Shown piece by piece: positions 13,823 to 28,568 of a stretch of 64,000 bases of DNA. Below the pieces are notes generated by a model. That model did no database searches. It was given only the letters and a program-made list of their open reading frames with translations, and was not told the DNA's origin. The translations under genes were made by a program, and so were the position numbers. This stretch comes from Octopus vulgaris. Taxonomy: Eukaryota. The DNA lies in contig OX597817.1 of assembly GCA_951406725.2 (NCBI GenBank), forward strand, positions 117,800,001 to 117,864,000. The letters are read 5' to 3'. Numbering within the stretch: the stretch's first letter is position 1; each line of letters starts with the position of its first letter.

Positions 13823-13906
<84 letters not shown>

Positions 13907-14941
13907 TGAACAACAATGAGAACAGCAACAACAGCAATGATAATAATATCCGTTTGTAATTAAGGCACAAGGGCAACAGCTTTGCGAAATTGTGTTATTC
14001 GATCCCGTATTCAACTTTTTCTTTGTTTGGTTGTAGACTAAAGCTTAAAACCTGAAATCGATCCGATTCTCATTATTTCTGCTTATATTATATTATATAA
14101 GATTATATTTTAAAATACAAAATTAAGTAACAACCAGACAAAGTAATCTGACCCTATGTGTTGCGCATTCTCACATTGTGGAAATTATAGTCATTTAATC
14201 ATACGTTATATATTATTATGCATATTCCAAAATCCGTTTCCTTTATGCTGGTATGGATTCTAGTGTATTGAAATGTAAACTTTCTTTTGCCCCTGCGTGT
14301 ATATATATATATTCCTCCTTGATCCGACAGGGCGACTAGATGGAACATCAACAAAGGGTTTCCTCCAGATTCCATTTATTCAGCAATTACTTTACTATTC
14401 TACCAATAATATGATGGGAAAAAATAACACGTTTTAAATGAAATAGATTCTGACATTATCCACGAGAACTTCATGTTTCCCTACATGCTTTGTTTTTCCG
14501 CTTGGATGTTGTTGATACATGGTAGCTAGTTTCCATGAAGGAAAGCTTCATGTCATATTATCATAATGTGTTCTGAAGACGTCTCTTTACTTTATAATGC
14601 TGGAGTAATTTCCGTTCTGGCATCCCCATTGTGTTGGCAATCATGTGTTAACGCATGTGTTGGCTCTCTTGAAGAGATGTGCTGTTGAATACAAATGTAT
14701 ATTTTACTGTTCTTATTCAAATAATAATCAATCATATTTATTATTGCAGTTCTAAATAAATTGTATTTGCGAAACAAGCATGAAACGGGACACATACGGG
14801 TATATTAAAATTAGTTAACTATCAAATATGTAGCGTAGAGAGTCAATATTACACAAACAGTAATATTCTTATTTAAAGCAAAATAAAATAATGCTAAAAG
14901 TAAAAATTCTAATGACACCAAAAATTAGTAGATTCCATTCT

Positions 14942-15258
14942 TGTATTATATTAAATATTTTCAATACACTGCTATATATCTAATTCAGAATGATTCAATG
15001 ATGCTTATATGTTATATGGAAGAAATGCATGCATACAATTCACACTTGCATACATATACATATACATACACACACACACACACACGCATATATATATATA
15101 TATATATATATATAGATATATATATATATGGATATATATATATGTGTGTGTATATCACGTGATCACGTGACCGACTAGACCATCTGATGTTGCTACACGT
15201 CGCTGGTCACAATGCGTTCGCATTGTTTTAGCCTTCGAGTGATTAAGCGAGCAGGCCA

Positions 15259-15262
<4 letters not shown>
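14942..15262 (+). repeat. Dispersed duplication, copy 1 (unique AT-rich segment + microsatellite + ~110-bp GC-richer repeat)
   Basis: Collinear with 24385-24692. Confidence 0.85.
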
Positions 15263-16415
<1,153 letters not shown>

Positions 16416-16615
16416 TTTAGAATTTATGTAGCACTTTCATCCCTTTCAGGAATGCATCGTAGCAGATTTCTTGAAGCATTTTCATACCTCATATACGTAT
16501 GTGAATTAATCGAAATATATTGGACTTATCAGTAGAGGAAACATTCTACTTTGTTAGTTTGCGATATACTTTGTCAGTTTGAATGTATAGTATGGTCTTT
16601 CAAAGATGTTTATTG

Positions 16616-16657
16616 ACTTGACGGGTTTCACGTTTTTAAAAAAAGATTATCAGAAGT
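16616..16657 (-). ncRNA. Decayed minimal type I hammerhead ribozyme motif
   Basis: Minus strand: ACTT-CTGATAA-(T/A stem II)-GAAA-CCCG-TC-AAGT; stem I ACTT/AAGT; G8 position is A. Confidence 0.5.
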
Positions 16658-17049
16658 AAAGTGCAAGGCTTTGTGTAGCCTTTGTGCTGTTTAAAATCAG
16701 TTAACATAGATGTATTAGAATACAGTGATGAAGTCTTGGATAACGATGAGAAAATTATAAGTAATAGAATCTTTGACAATAATGAGAAACTATTAAAATA
16801 GGATTTGTGCTTAAGCACTTTACATAAAAATGTTCAAAGAAGCAGTAAAACGAAGTTGATATTTGTTTATAAGTTCGACAGAAATCATAATTATTTATAA
16901 GCATATATACAGAAAGAATCTGTGGCAGTATTTGATAGGAGAAGCCATATTGCTTTGTCAACTAAAATCCTACAAAACGCAGTAAGAAAAATATTCCAAA
17001 CTACATATCAGACTTCGCTTACAGTGAACTACCACAACCTGAACCCAAA

Positions 17050-18560
17050 TCGAATATCAGTAAAAGCTGAATGGAAAATCATCCGCGAGTTACAAAACAA
17101 TAATGATTTCACAATTAAGGAAGCAGATAAGGTTAGTACTGTTGTAATTATGGACACATAACACTATATAAACTCTATATTTCACCTCTTACAAGATACT
17201 AACTACTATGAAAGAATATTCAACTACCAAGATTCAAAAACAACATCCAGAGTAAACATACTCATTTGCCAACATCAAAAGAACATAACGACAAAGGAAC
17301 TCGACTACTTAACAAATTTTCCTGGCATAACCACCAACCTCTATAGACTTGCAAAAAGTCCACCTCATCCTGCATCACTATACTACACGACACTAACCTC
17401 AAACTGAGACCAAATGTGGCAGGTCCAAAATGTGAAACACACAGATTAAGCAACTTTCTTGATATACACTTAAACCTAATACTTAAAAAACATACCAACT
17501 ACTGCAAGAGATGACCTGGGCCTCCTAAACCACCTCCTCAAACATGCCAATAAATACATTTTCATGGTCTCCTTTGATGTGATAAACCTTTATACTACGA
17601 TTCCACATCGATACGGACTGGTAGTCATTAAAATCTGGATAGAAAAATAATGCAATGAGGTGTCTGAATGGATAAAAAATGAATTTATCATTGAAGGCCT
17701 TAAATTTATCCTCCAAAACAACTTTTTAATAATAATTTTAATAATTCCTAGAAACGGATATAAGAAACTGCGATGGGTATTAAGTTGCCTTATCTTCTAC
17801 CAATCTAGTGATGGCCTATCTGGAAATAAAAATATGTGAACAATCCAAATTAAAATACGGCCAGTCTTTCCGCAAATATCTGCTTGAGAATTGGAAACTC
17901 TTCTCGCAAGACTGCCTCATTTTATGGTCTTACATATTCGACCAACTCAATGGATTCAAAAATTTAATCAACAGCGTCAGCAACTATATCTAATTTATGG
18001 AATATAGTCAAGCCAACTCCTATCTAAAGGCACCCTAATTATAAAAAAAGGTACCAACATTAAAACTGATATCCACTACAAACCGAGCGATTCGAAAAAA
18101 CACCTGCCGTGCATCGCCAATGACCCAAAGACAAACATGCCCTTCAATCTAGCGAGAATAATCTGTACATTTGTCTCACATTATGAAACACGAACTAAAA
18201 TACCCCGAGAGCTAAAGGAAATTCTTCTCGAAAACAGTACCCAGCATCATTAGTAGATAGTGGAATAGAGCGAGCTAAGACAATCGATATCCAAGATTTC
18301 GAAAACCGAAACAAACTCAAGGTACATTAAATAGTCTCCTATATCTATCAAGACACAATCCTAGTAATACAGACGCTTACACTATTATATAAAAAAACAT
18401 CACTCTATTGAGTCAAAACCACTCGAAACGCATTAAATAGTAAAAAGCAAGAGACAACCCAAATTCCTAAAGCGTATTCATCAATGTAAAATCACTCAAC
18501 ACAAGCCCAGACCCCACCGCCAAAAACTGTGGTCGCTCTAACTGCAGGACCTGCATTGAC
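17050..18560 (+). mobile_element. Old, decayed Penelope-like element (Neptune type), RT region
   Basis: TIKEADKVSTVVIMD, LRPNVAGPKCETHRLSNFLDI, MVSFDVINLYTTIPH, ENWKLFSQDCLILW, KNCGRSNCRTC; many stops and frameshifts. Confidence 0.85.
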
Positions 18561-18589
18561 CTCACACTTACACACTTTCACATACACAT

Positions 18590-20230
18590 ACGCACGCGCA
18601 ACTTCGCTTTTGGAGGATCAGTACATTATTATCCCCCTTCTTCCTAGCCCTCCTGTGCAACTACAGTTTTCCAGTCGCCATGATTGACCGCTAAATCCAC
18701 GAGTGTTTTTATATTCTCTCTCTGTTTATTCCCTCGTGATCCTTTCTATTGAAGAGCTTAGGCGTCAAAATAATACACCTACTTGTTGTTTGCACACCTG
18801 CCTTCGTCTTTTGTTTTTCTGTATATTTCGAGTATATACTGTACGCTCACGTAGTCACACCAGTTTTATACTGCTTTAACCTGTTACATTTCAGACGTGC
18901 TACAACTAAACTTTCTGCACCTCTCCTCATCTATATACCAGTACTACACCCGGCTTACCACTGGATATATTTTAGATTTCACTGGATTTTTTAATGAATA
19001 AAAATCTTTCCATTACACCACGACGTTTGAACAATTTTGAACCTTTTTGAGCTTTCTGTTTTTCTTACTCTATTCTTGCACTGTATTTTCTTAATCCATA
19101 TGTTGTTTCTTTGCCTCTGTCTTAACTTTGCTTTTCCTTTCGTCTTCTCTTCTATTCTTCTACTTTTCTCTTATTACTTCTTTCTCTCCTCTTTTATTTC
19201 TTCTCTTCACACTTTTTGAATTTTCTTCTCCTCACGCATTTTTCATTTTTTGAACCTTTATACTCCGCACGTCATTAATTTGCTTCTCCTTCTCCTTTTC
19301 CAACATGCCCGATTGCAAATCTTTCCTTCTCCACCTTCAATACCGCCCAAAGAAGCACCTTCCCAAACATCCTTTCCACTGCTCTCAAACTTCTATTAAT
19401 CTTTTCCTGCTAATTTTCAAAAAACCGCGGTTCTCTAATCACGTTTTCCTTTTTCAGTTGCTTCCCTCACCACCACCTCATTGCCAGAGGTTTCCGCTTC
19501 CATTTCCACCCAACTTTACACTCTGCTTCTGCCATCCTACCTATACTCCGTACGATTTCGTACCGGCTTATGCGTTCCAGTTTCTCCGAAGACACACCCT
19601 TGACTGCCTTCTCCCTTTCGCTTATTCAATCATTTTCTCCTCTCTTTCACATTCCTATGCTCATTCGACTGTACGCTTCGTAATCCATTTAAATGATATT
19701 TTCCACGAGTTTTTCGATCACACTAAACAACGTAAACTCCACTCACTCACTCCTTCATTCTGTCACACCCCTCATTCTTCTACTAACACCCTCCCCCATA
19801 CCTCAAACCCGATATACACCTCCCCTTATCCTCACCCAAATCCTTCAGTTACTCCTCTCTTCACTCCTATCCACCTCTACTCTCTTCTCTTGCCCTGATA
19901 CCTACTTCCTCTTTTCACTCCTACTCACCTTCTCCCTTGCTACTATCCCCTATCCATACTCACAGACTATCCCCTATCCATACTCACAGACTTACACATT
20001 CTCACATACACAGAGGCAAGTGCACCTTCATTGCGGGATCACCAGCATTTTATTATTTCCCCTTCTTCCTAGCTCTCCTATTCAACTAGCATTTTCCAAC
20101 CAGTAGTTATGATTGACCTCTAAATCGACAAGTTTGTTTCTATTCTCTTTTTGTTCCTTTCTCCTCATGTTCCTTTCTGTTGAAGAGCGTTGGCTCGAAA
20201 TGTAAAAGACTTTCTCAATTCCAGAGCTTA
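18590..20230 (+). mobile_element. Non-autonomous PLE derivative: terminal repeat - N-terminal ORF remnant - terminal repeat
   Basis: About 18600-18770 resembles about 20020-20200. The interior has RFSNHV...HHLIARGFRFHF and LNDIFHEFFDHTKQRKLHSL, like PLE N-termini. Ends at (TA)n. Confidence 0.65.
20173..20208 (+). ncRNA. Minimal type I hammerhead-like motif, A6U core variant
   Basis: CTTT-CTGTTGA-A-GAGC(GTTG)GCTC-GAAA-TG-TA-AAAG; stems I and II pair perfectly. Confidence 0.6.
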
Positions 20231-20522
20231 TATATATATATATATATAACTTTTTATAAAACTGTGCATCATTAGAAAGCATTTTAAGTCTGCTTATAAT
20301 TTGACTTTAAATTTCATAGAACTCACTCCTAATACTTCATGAGGATAGTCAAACTCGCTAGGATGTCTGGAAAACATATATGTGATTTCGCTGATGACTA
20401 CTGGACATTTGTATTTGCTGCAATATTTGCAGCTTTAAATAAAATTGTTCTTAGTATGAAACAATTGTACTAAACTACTAATCCATTCTTGTTGCTTTTT
20501 TCTTGGTTATATACATATATGA

Positions 20523-20572
<50 letters not shown>

Positions 20573-21402
20573 ATGTATGTACATGTACATGTATATGTAA
20601 ATATACATGTATCTATGTATGTATGTTTCGCTACATGAAGCTGCTTACTTAACAATTGTTATTTTCTCATTCATATAAAAATGTATAATTTGGCCCTGTA
20701 ATTACCTTAAGATCATATAAGAACGCTGTGCGGTGTACTACTGGAGGTTAGAAATAGTGCTCATTAATAAGTACAAATATATTTACTTTTAACAACTGGT
20801 CCTTGGATATGCCCTGGTAATGCAAATCGTTACGTGTATGCATTACATATGTGTTTGTGAGTGGGTGTGTATATATACTAAATTCAAATTTAAATTCCAC
20901 TTGCTATAAATAGAGCCATCATTCCAAAACCAATAATACCCACTATTAAAACTCACTATGCACTGAACATAACATAACACTATGCACTGAACATAACAGA
21001 AGCAGGCTTACATTGAGTGGAATACAGAAGTAAGGAATGTGTATATCTCAGGATGAATTGATTGCACTTCTTATATGAAAATTCATACTCTGAGCTCATC
21101 AGCTGAAAATAACACTTTAACATCTATTTCTGAACTATTTGTCACATTACGTCGTGTACCTTCTTTAATTTTAAATGTCACCGCGACATTTAAAAAAAAC
21201 TTATCGTTTGCCAGTATAAATTTAAATTAAGTTTTGTTGTCTGTTTCGGTTATATTCATTGCATTGGCCGTGTATATTTTAATAGTGAGTATTGGTGGTT
21301 TCAGATCGATGAGCAAGTTTATAACAAGTGGTATTTAAGTACCCTATGGAATTTGAATTTAGTTTATATTTTACCTGTCAATGTGTAAACTTGCAAGACA
21401 CT

Positions 21403-21403
21403 A

Positions 21404-21482
<79 letters not shown>

Positions 21483-21514
21483 GATCATAATAATACTAAT
21501 TTAATTTGTATATA

Positions 21515-21602
<88 letters not shown>
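21403..21602. repeat. (TTA)n, (TA)n and (GA)n microsatellites
   Basis: Directly visible. Confidence 0.95.
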
Positions 21603-21606
<4 letters not shown>

Positions 21607-23541
21607 AATAAATGGTGGGGTTGTGTTGACCGCACGTGGAGAAATGATAAGCAAGGAAAAATTGCAAAAATGCAGAATGCTCGATTGAAAGAAAAATTTT
21701 ATGAAATGAGAAAATGAAAAAATATATAAATATATATTTATTCAAACCGGTTTTCGTCATAGTTTGACTTATCAAGAATGAAAAGGTTTTTTAAAAATGA
21801 GAAAGGGGAAAAAAGTTGCATTGTTTTTTGCAAAAGAATAATAATAAATATGTATAAAAATTTTAAAATAAGTACTCCGATACATTGTGAGTTGGTTGTG
21901 TATCTTGAGTTTAATGAATGTTCACGAAAAAATTACCTTGAGGTATTAGGATCCAATGGGATTAAGGCCATGTGTTGTTTGGTTTAATTTAGGATGTTGG
22001 CAAAACAGGAAGTAGTAGTAATTGTGGTTCTTCAGTTCCTGTGTTGTGAATAAGGGGAGACAACTCTTTTGGGTTCTTCAATAAAGGCTGCTGATAAAAT
22101 CCCAAATTATAGAATTGACATTTTAGCTTCATTTGCATTATCTTTTTTATGTAATTGTTTGTTAATTTAACTTTCAGATTTTAACACTTTGTTTATATTA
22201 TTTTCTAATTATATAAATTTGCATAGACAATTGCATTTCAGATTGTTATATCATAAATAATAAAGATGATGGTAATAACAACAATAGTAAAAATGATATT
22301 TAAAGAATATAAGTTTTTGCTGGAAGTGATGAATCTATGGTATCCTTATATATTTGTGTGAGTCCATCCATGAAGAATGAGGTAGAAAAGGGAAGTTTGA
22401 TCAACGAGTAGTTTGTATATTAAGTTCTGTTTGGAATTTTTCAATAAAGATATTCTACTTGTTAATTCTCTCCTGTGTGGTGATGCCGTCTTTACATTGG
22501 TAGAAGGGGAATATATAGAATTTGGGGTTTAAGTCTTTAGCGCATGAGTCTATGTGGTCACTCAGTGGAATTTGTCGGTATTCCGGGAGATTTATTTGTT
22601 CTTTATGCACCGCTACCCGTTTACGTAACGGGAGACTCGTTTGTCCAACATAATTATGTTGGCAACCAGCGCATGTGAGAACGTAGATAAGGTTCTCGGA
22701 GGAACAGGAGAAATTAGTCTTGATTTTAAACTTCGTACCTTGTTTGAAGGTAAATTCAGAACTTTCAAGTAGGAGAGGGTATGTCCCACAGTTTGGGCGT
22801 GCACATTTTTTTACTGCTGGGGGTGGATGTGGTGTGTGAAGTTTGGCATTTGTCAAGATTTTTTTTAAAGATTTGTATTGCCTTTTACATTTGAGGATTT
22901 TGTGTGTATTTATAATGTTTTTCATTTTTGGGTCTGTTGACAGTAGACTGAGGTTTTGTATGATTGTGGGGTATGCTTCGATATTTTTGGGGTTGTGGGT
23001 GGAAATGTATGGAAGTATTTTGAGGTTGTGTATGGTGTTAGGTTGGGTAGTTTTCGGTGTAATGTTATCCAGTTCTTTGGCGCGTTTTATTCCATACTCT
23101 ATAACGGTGGAGGGATATTGGCGTTGTAATAGTGTTTTTTTGAGGTCTTGAAGGCGTATTTCTCGTGTATTTGGATCCAAGACGATGGTACATACCCTTT
23201 TAGCCAAATTGAAAGGGATATTTGTCTTGGTGTGTTTTGGGTGGCATGAACTAAAGAGGAGGTATTGTTGTGAGTCTGTGGGTTTGTGGTAGATGTCTGT
23301 TATGATTTGGTTCTTAGGTGCTTTTATAATTAGGAGATCAAGGAATGGTAGATGATGTTTGCTTAATTCCATAGTGAATTGGATGTTGGGATGTATGTTG
23401 TTTAGTAAGGTTTTGAATTCCAGGAGTTTTTCATAAGGTTCTTTCCATATGATGAAACAATAATCCAAATACCTTTTCCAGTTTTCCTTTATGTAGGTGT
23501 GGAAAACATGTCCAAATTTCTGGCGTGATATTTCATAGAGT
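21603..23541 (-). mobile_element. 5'-truncated Penelope-like element (Neptune type): RT C-terminus, GIY-YIG endonuclease and ~800-bp 3' tail
   Basis: ORF 22455-23468: LPFLDLLI, TDIYHKPTD, Cys linker KKCARPNCGT, NLIYVLTCAGCQHNYVGQT..H..H. High similarity to 37037-39055; microsatellites at both ends. Confidence 0.93.
21740..21779 (-). ncRNA. Minimal type I hammerhead ribozyme with U3-A8 core
   Basis: Minus strand: ATTC-TTGATAA-GTCA(AACTA)TGAC-GAAA-ACCGGT-TT-GAAT. Confidence 0.7.
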
Positions 23542-23550
23542 ATATATAGA

Positions 23551-23616
<66 letters not shown>

Positions 23617-24384
23617 TTTTACTCCTTATTCCTTTTTGCAGTCATTTGACTGCGGCTATCCTGGTGCACCACCTGTATGTTAATATACATACGCGTGTGT
23701 GTGTGTACACACGCATATGAGACGAACCTGAATTAACGAATTATTTTCAATACTCTAATTATATTCAAAGCATGGTAAATCCATTTTATAATCACTGTTC
23801 TTAAGAAATATGTGTTAATAAATATATGAATATTTATGATATTTATGATACAGTATATGAATTAATAGCTACAAAAGCTGTAACCAAACCAAATAGTAAT
23901 CTTGATCACTACCTTAACGTGGAGGTTCTGTTAAACCACAACCTACTGTGTACATTAGCATGGGAGTATCTCACAGAACTCTTGGTAATTCCTAGTTGTT
24001 AATGTCACTCGCAATTATATAACTGCCATACGTGAATCATCTCCTTCGACCCTGGAACTGCCAGCTCACAAGATTTCACCCTGCTATATATTTCTTAGAG
24101 GGAGATCTCCAGCAGTACAAAGACACCTGAGTGTCCAGTCCGAGAAATATAGAATCTCATTCTCTATTTAGGTACTGGTGTCGCAAATACCCAAAATGTT
24201 TATTGACATATAATTAATACCGATAGAAATAACATTGATTTGTAATGTAATCCAGATCTCCAAATTACGATGGAGGTTTTGTACGAACACAGAATACTGT
24301 GTTATTTACCACAAGAATAATTTACATTTGTACCCATGGTGTAAAAAGCACTTGTTATTATATGGTTGATAGACGAGAATTGTC

Positions 24385-24518
24385 TGTATTATATTAAATA
24401 CTTTCAATACACTGGTAAATATCTAATTCAGAATGATTCAATGATGCTTATATGTTATATGCAAGGAATGCATACATACAATTCACACTTGTATACATAT
24501 ACATATACATACACATAA

Positions 24519-24578
<60 letters not shown>

Positions 24579-24692
24579 ATCACGTGACCGACCAGACCAT
24601 TAGATGTTGCTACACATCGCTGGTCACAATGCGTTCGCATTGTTTTAGCCTTCAAATAACTTCACCCCGCTGGCTAAGCAAGCAGGCCATAT
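24385..24692 (+). repeat. Dispersed duplication, copy 2
   Basis: Collinear with 14942-15262. Confidence 0.85.
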
Positions 24693-24713
24693 ATATATAT
24701 AAATATATATATG

Positions 24714-24786
<73 letters not shown>

Positions 24787-25374
24787 AATTACTCATGGAT
24801 GAATGGGATTGACAATATTAATTTTATTAAATTGTTTGCAATCCTTTTAACTATTCACATTTGAAATAGTCTTGCGTCATGTCTATCGACGGCAATTATG
24901 CCTTTAATCATATACACTACGAATATCAGCTGGGATTAAATCAAAACAGCGGAACAAAATAATATGCACACTAATTCGACAATTTCGCTAATACACAGTA
25001 TACTCATCACCTTTCAAAAGTGCGCAGTTCTAAATAATATCTCTGTACGAATGGAAACTTAGGCAAAAAAGGTAAAAGAATATAGAAGAAAAATATGATG
25101 ACATTCTGTTCCATTCCACCTTCGTTACTTCGTTCTTAATTATATCCCCAACTGCGCTGTCGTCCATAAATGAAGTGGCTGGATGTCTCCGTGTGATAAG
25201 GACTGTCATGTTATCGTTGTTATGTATTGTCACCAGAACAACGGGCTTAACCTCTCAACCTCACAATTTTCACAATTATTCAGAGCAATTTACACACGCG
25301 TACGTTATTAGATACATGTGCATATATTGGGATAAGTATATGTATGCATATACACACATTTGTATATGTATGTG

Positions 25375-25444
<70 letters not shown>

Positions 25445-25623
25445 ATACTTAGGGTTCAGTAAAGATTTGCTTTACCGCATACCGAACCCTAATTATTAAA
25501 TATTACGTAAGTTTACCATGAAATGGTCCCTTTTACATGCCGAATTCTACTTGGTGAAATTATTGATTACTTCTTAATTAATTAATTTTACCCTTTGTTA
25601 TATGTAGATATATATATATATAT

Positions 25624-25795
25624 ACTGGGGCAACTCAGAAATAATGCAGTTTTTTCAATTGCTTTCATCAAAAGTCGGAGGAGACGGGATAAACTATATG
25701 TATCAACTTGCTATAAAAGCAGGTAGTAATTTTACCTAATACTTGTTCTTAGTGCTGAAGGGTACATTTCCAGTGTGATCCTGACTGAACATCCT
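25624..25795 (+). mobile_element. Possible terminal fragment of a Tc1/mariner-type DNA transposon
   Basis: Starts abruptly after (TA)n with CTGGGGCAACTCAGAAATAATGC and includes a TATAAAA motif; no partner TIR seen. Confidence 0.35.
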
Positions 25796-26155
25796 TGTAT
25801 ATAATTTATTTTTGAAATTTTGATTTTTGATTTAAGATCTTCTTCGATCTCACGTAATACGATTTTAAACCTATCATCATTGATTAGAAAAAAGTGTTAG
25901 TCGAAAGGACCAATGAAAAGGAAGCAATTTCAAATGTGTATCTGTTAGTGTAAATTTCATATTTTATACATACACTCTTTATTTTGTTCCATTTTCAATT
26001 TAAACTGTCCGACGAACGGGAACGTGAAATTCTGTGCAGCAGTTTATTGCGAATTTTCTTCTATGTTTTTGCAGCTTTAATAATAATAATAAAGCATATT
26101 ACTCTACCTCCGGTATAGGAGTCCTTGTTTCACATTTGCTTACGTTTGTGTGTGC

Positions 26156-26191
<36 letters not shown>

Positions 26192-26196
<5 letters not shown>

Positions 26197-26365
26197 ATCC
26201 AAACAAGAAAGCATAAAAAAACACAACAACGCGAGGACGTAACAGATATAGTATTATTAGAGGCTCAGGAAAGAAAGAAAGAAGGAGGGTTTAAGGTTTC
26301 GACCGGAACTCTTAGTCGGAAGCATAGGAAAAGGAAAGATCCAGAGAAGGGAAGACACAGGAAAT
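26192..26365 (-). mobile_element. Short non-autonomous PLE-type terminal-repeat element in (TA)n
   Basis: Homologous to 36127-36300; decayed hammerhead at 26289-26323. Confidence 0.7.
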
Positions 26366-26393
26366 ACATATATATATTTAGAGAGAGAGGGAG

Positions 26394-26441
<48 letters not shown>

Positions 26442-26443
<2 letters not shown>

Positions 26444-26573
26444 TTATTATATAGAAGGAGCTTCTACAGGACTAGTACTGTTTCATTCAAGAGAAATCTT
26501 CAGGAAGCTTCCTGAAGATTTCTCTTGAATGAAACAGTACTAGTCCTGTAGAAGCTCCTTCTATATAATAAAT
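26442..26573. repeat. Perfect 132-bp palindrome (66-bp arms, no spacer)
   Basis: Centre at 26507/26508 (CAGGAAG|CTTCCTG); arms are exact reverse complements. Confidence 0.95.
26512..26545 (+). ncRNA. Hammerhead-like core in the palindrome arm (mirrored on the minus strand)
   Basis: CTGAAGA-T-TTC(TCTT)GAA-T-GAAA-CAGTACTAG-TC; stem I is uncertain. Confidence 0.5.
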
Positions 26574-26639
26574 TAATTTTACTCTGCTATGTATTGAGTA
26601 CCTTACTTACTGTGGTTAACCCCGAATCAACCCGGGACC

Positions 26640-26679
<40 letters not shown>

Positions 26680-28568
26680 TATGCAGACATAAATATACAT
26701 ATATATATACGCACATATATATATACACACATATACACAGATATATATGTATGTGCGCCAGCGCGTGTGTTATAAATACGAAATTCTCTCTGTTTGGGAG
26801 CCCGGTATTTCAGTCTAAATTTGCTTTAGATAGACATATACCTTCAAGATGATTTCAGGATTGCCCCTCATTTTTATTCTTGAACATCTAGCATTGGAAT
26901 CTAATTTTAAAGCATTTGAGTTACTATTTAGCCCACCGTAGGAGTCAACTCAAAAGTCTGCACGGAGTGCGGTATGTATGCGTGTAAGTGTGTGTGTGTG
27001 TGCATATTTATATATATATTTATATATATAGATGTGTATGCGCATGTTTGTAACCATGCGTGTGTGCATGAGTATCTGCATCAGAAATGGAAGGCTTTTG
27101 ATCTGCTTAGAATAAAAACTTCGCTGCAAATGATAGTCGATATAAATTTGTGTTAACACTGATTTGTATATTATAAATATACTTATTACATTTCTATTTG
27201 TACGCTTTTGTATTATATTTACTCTTGATATTCTACTGATTACTGATGAAAAGAATATATCATTATGATTAAATCTGTAAAAATACTACTTCAATCAAAT
27301 CAATATTACATTTACAGAGGTCACCTAATTGAATGTTAATATGAAATGTCTTCTTATTTGTATATATCAGATATATTTGCATTTAAAATCATTCAAATAA
27401 ACAACACTTAGAAACATGCATATATTTATATATTATATATTAGATAATAAAGCGAATGATTTATACCTTGTAGTTTATTAGTAATGCAAGGTCACTTTCA
27501 TACTGTTCGTTATGTATCTGGTTAATGAAATACGGGAGTTTTTATTAATCACTACAATTGTTTCGAAACCTCTTGCACGCGTGGGATACTTAACAACTGG
27601 AACTGGAGCATCCCACGGTTCAAATGTGTCTCTTCTGTTGATTAGCAGATACAACTTTTTAAAATAACAGTTCCGAAATGTATCTTCTTAGTTCTGTCGA
27701 AGAAAGGCAACAAATTAAAAGATGTTGCTTCATTTATGTAGAAGATCAATAGTAAAATAAAATAGCAGATTTAAAAAAGAAAGCAACACTCAATACAGCG
27801 AAAAACGTTCGTGTTGGAACAATTATTGTAGTATAATAAACTCACGCATCTTTCATCTTCCACCTCAAATTACCCAGATACTATATATACATACTCACGT
27901 GTATATATACGCTCATATATACGTGCTCATCCACGCACATATACAACATATTGAAACAATTAGACGTACACCCTGCCCACAGAATGATGCCTTACAATAT
28001 GTCCTTAGTTCAATAGTCATTCCCTTAAACAGTCATTACTAAGGCTAAAAAATACTAAGTCATTTAATAATATGGTGGATGGTCCTCAACTCTATCTTAC
28101 ATTAATATATTCTCAGAAACATTCGCAGGATTACATGCATGCTCTTTCAGACTTATATATCGTATAAGAAATTTTATGGGCTATATATATTGCAACTTTT
28201 TAATCGTTGAAAAGAATTCATTCAAAAATCATATCTTCAATTATTTATTTGCATTTTCCAATATTATTTTTGGTGGAACGTAATTTATTTTTTATTGTTT
28301 CATATTTATATTAGGTTATTTTGCAAAACATTTATGATATTATAAATTATGATCTTGGCTGAAAAAGAAATGTTTTGACCATTGAAATATATATGACATA
28401 TCTGTCTGGATTTCAACTACTTTCAAATAACTTAAATTTTTTAAAGATTTTTCGCAAGAAAACAACAGTGTTATATTTAAACATACACCAGAAGGTTTAT
28501 TATTTAGCTTGTTCTTTTGTGTCCCTACTCGTAAAGGATCAAATTTTGCACGATGAAATTGAGACATC

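Noticed and set aside
20954-20998. Short direct repeats here and at about 19941-19992, 49820-50070 and 53893-53930
   Set aside because: Ordinary local slippage duplications with no further structure.
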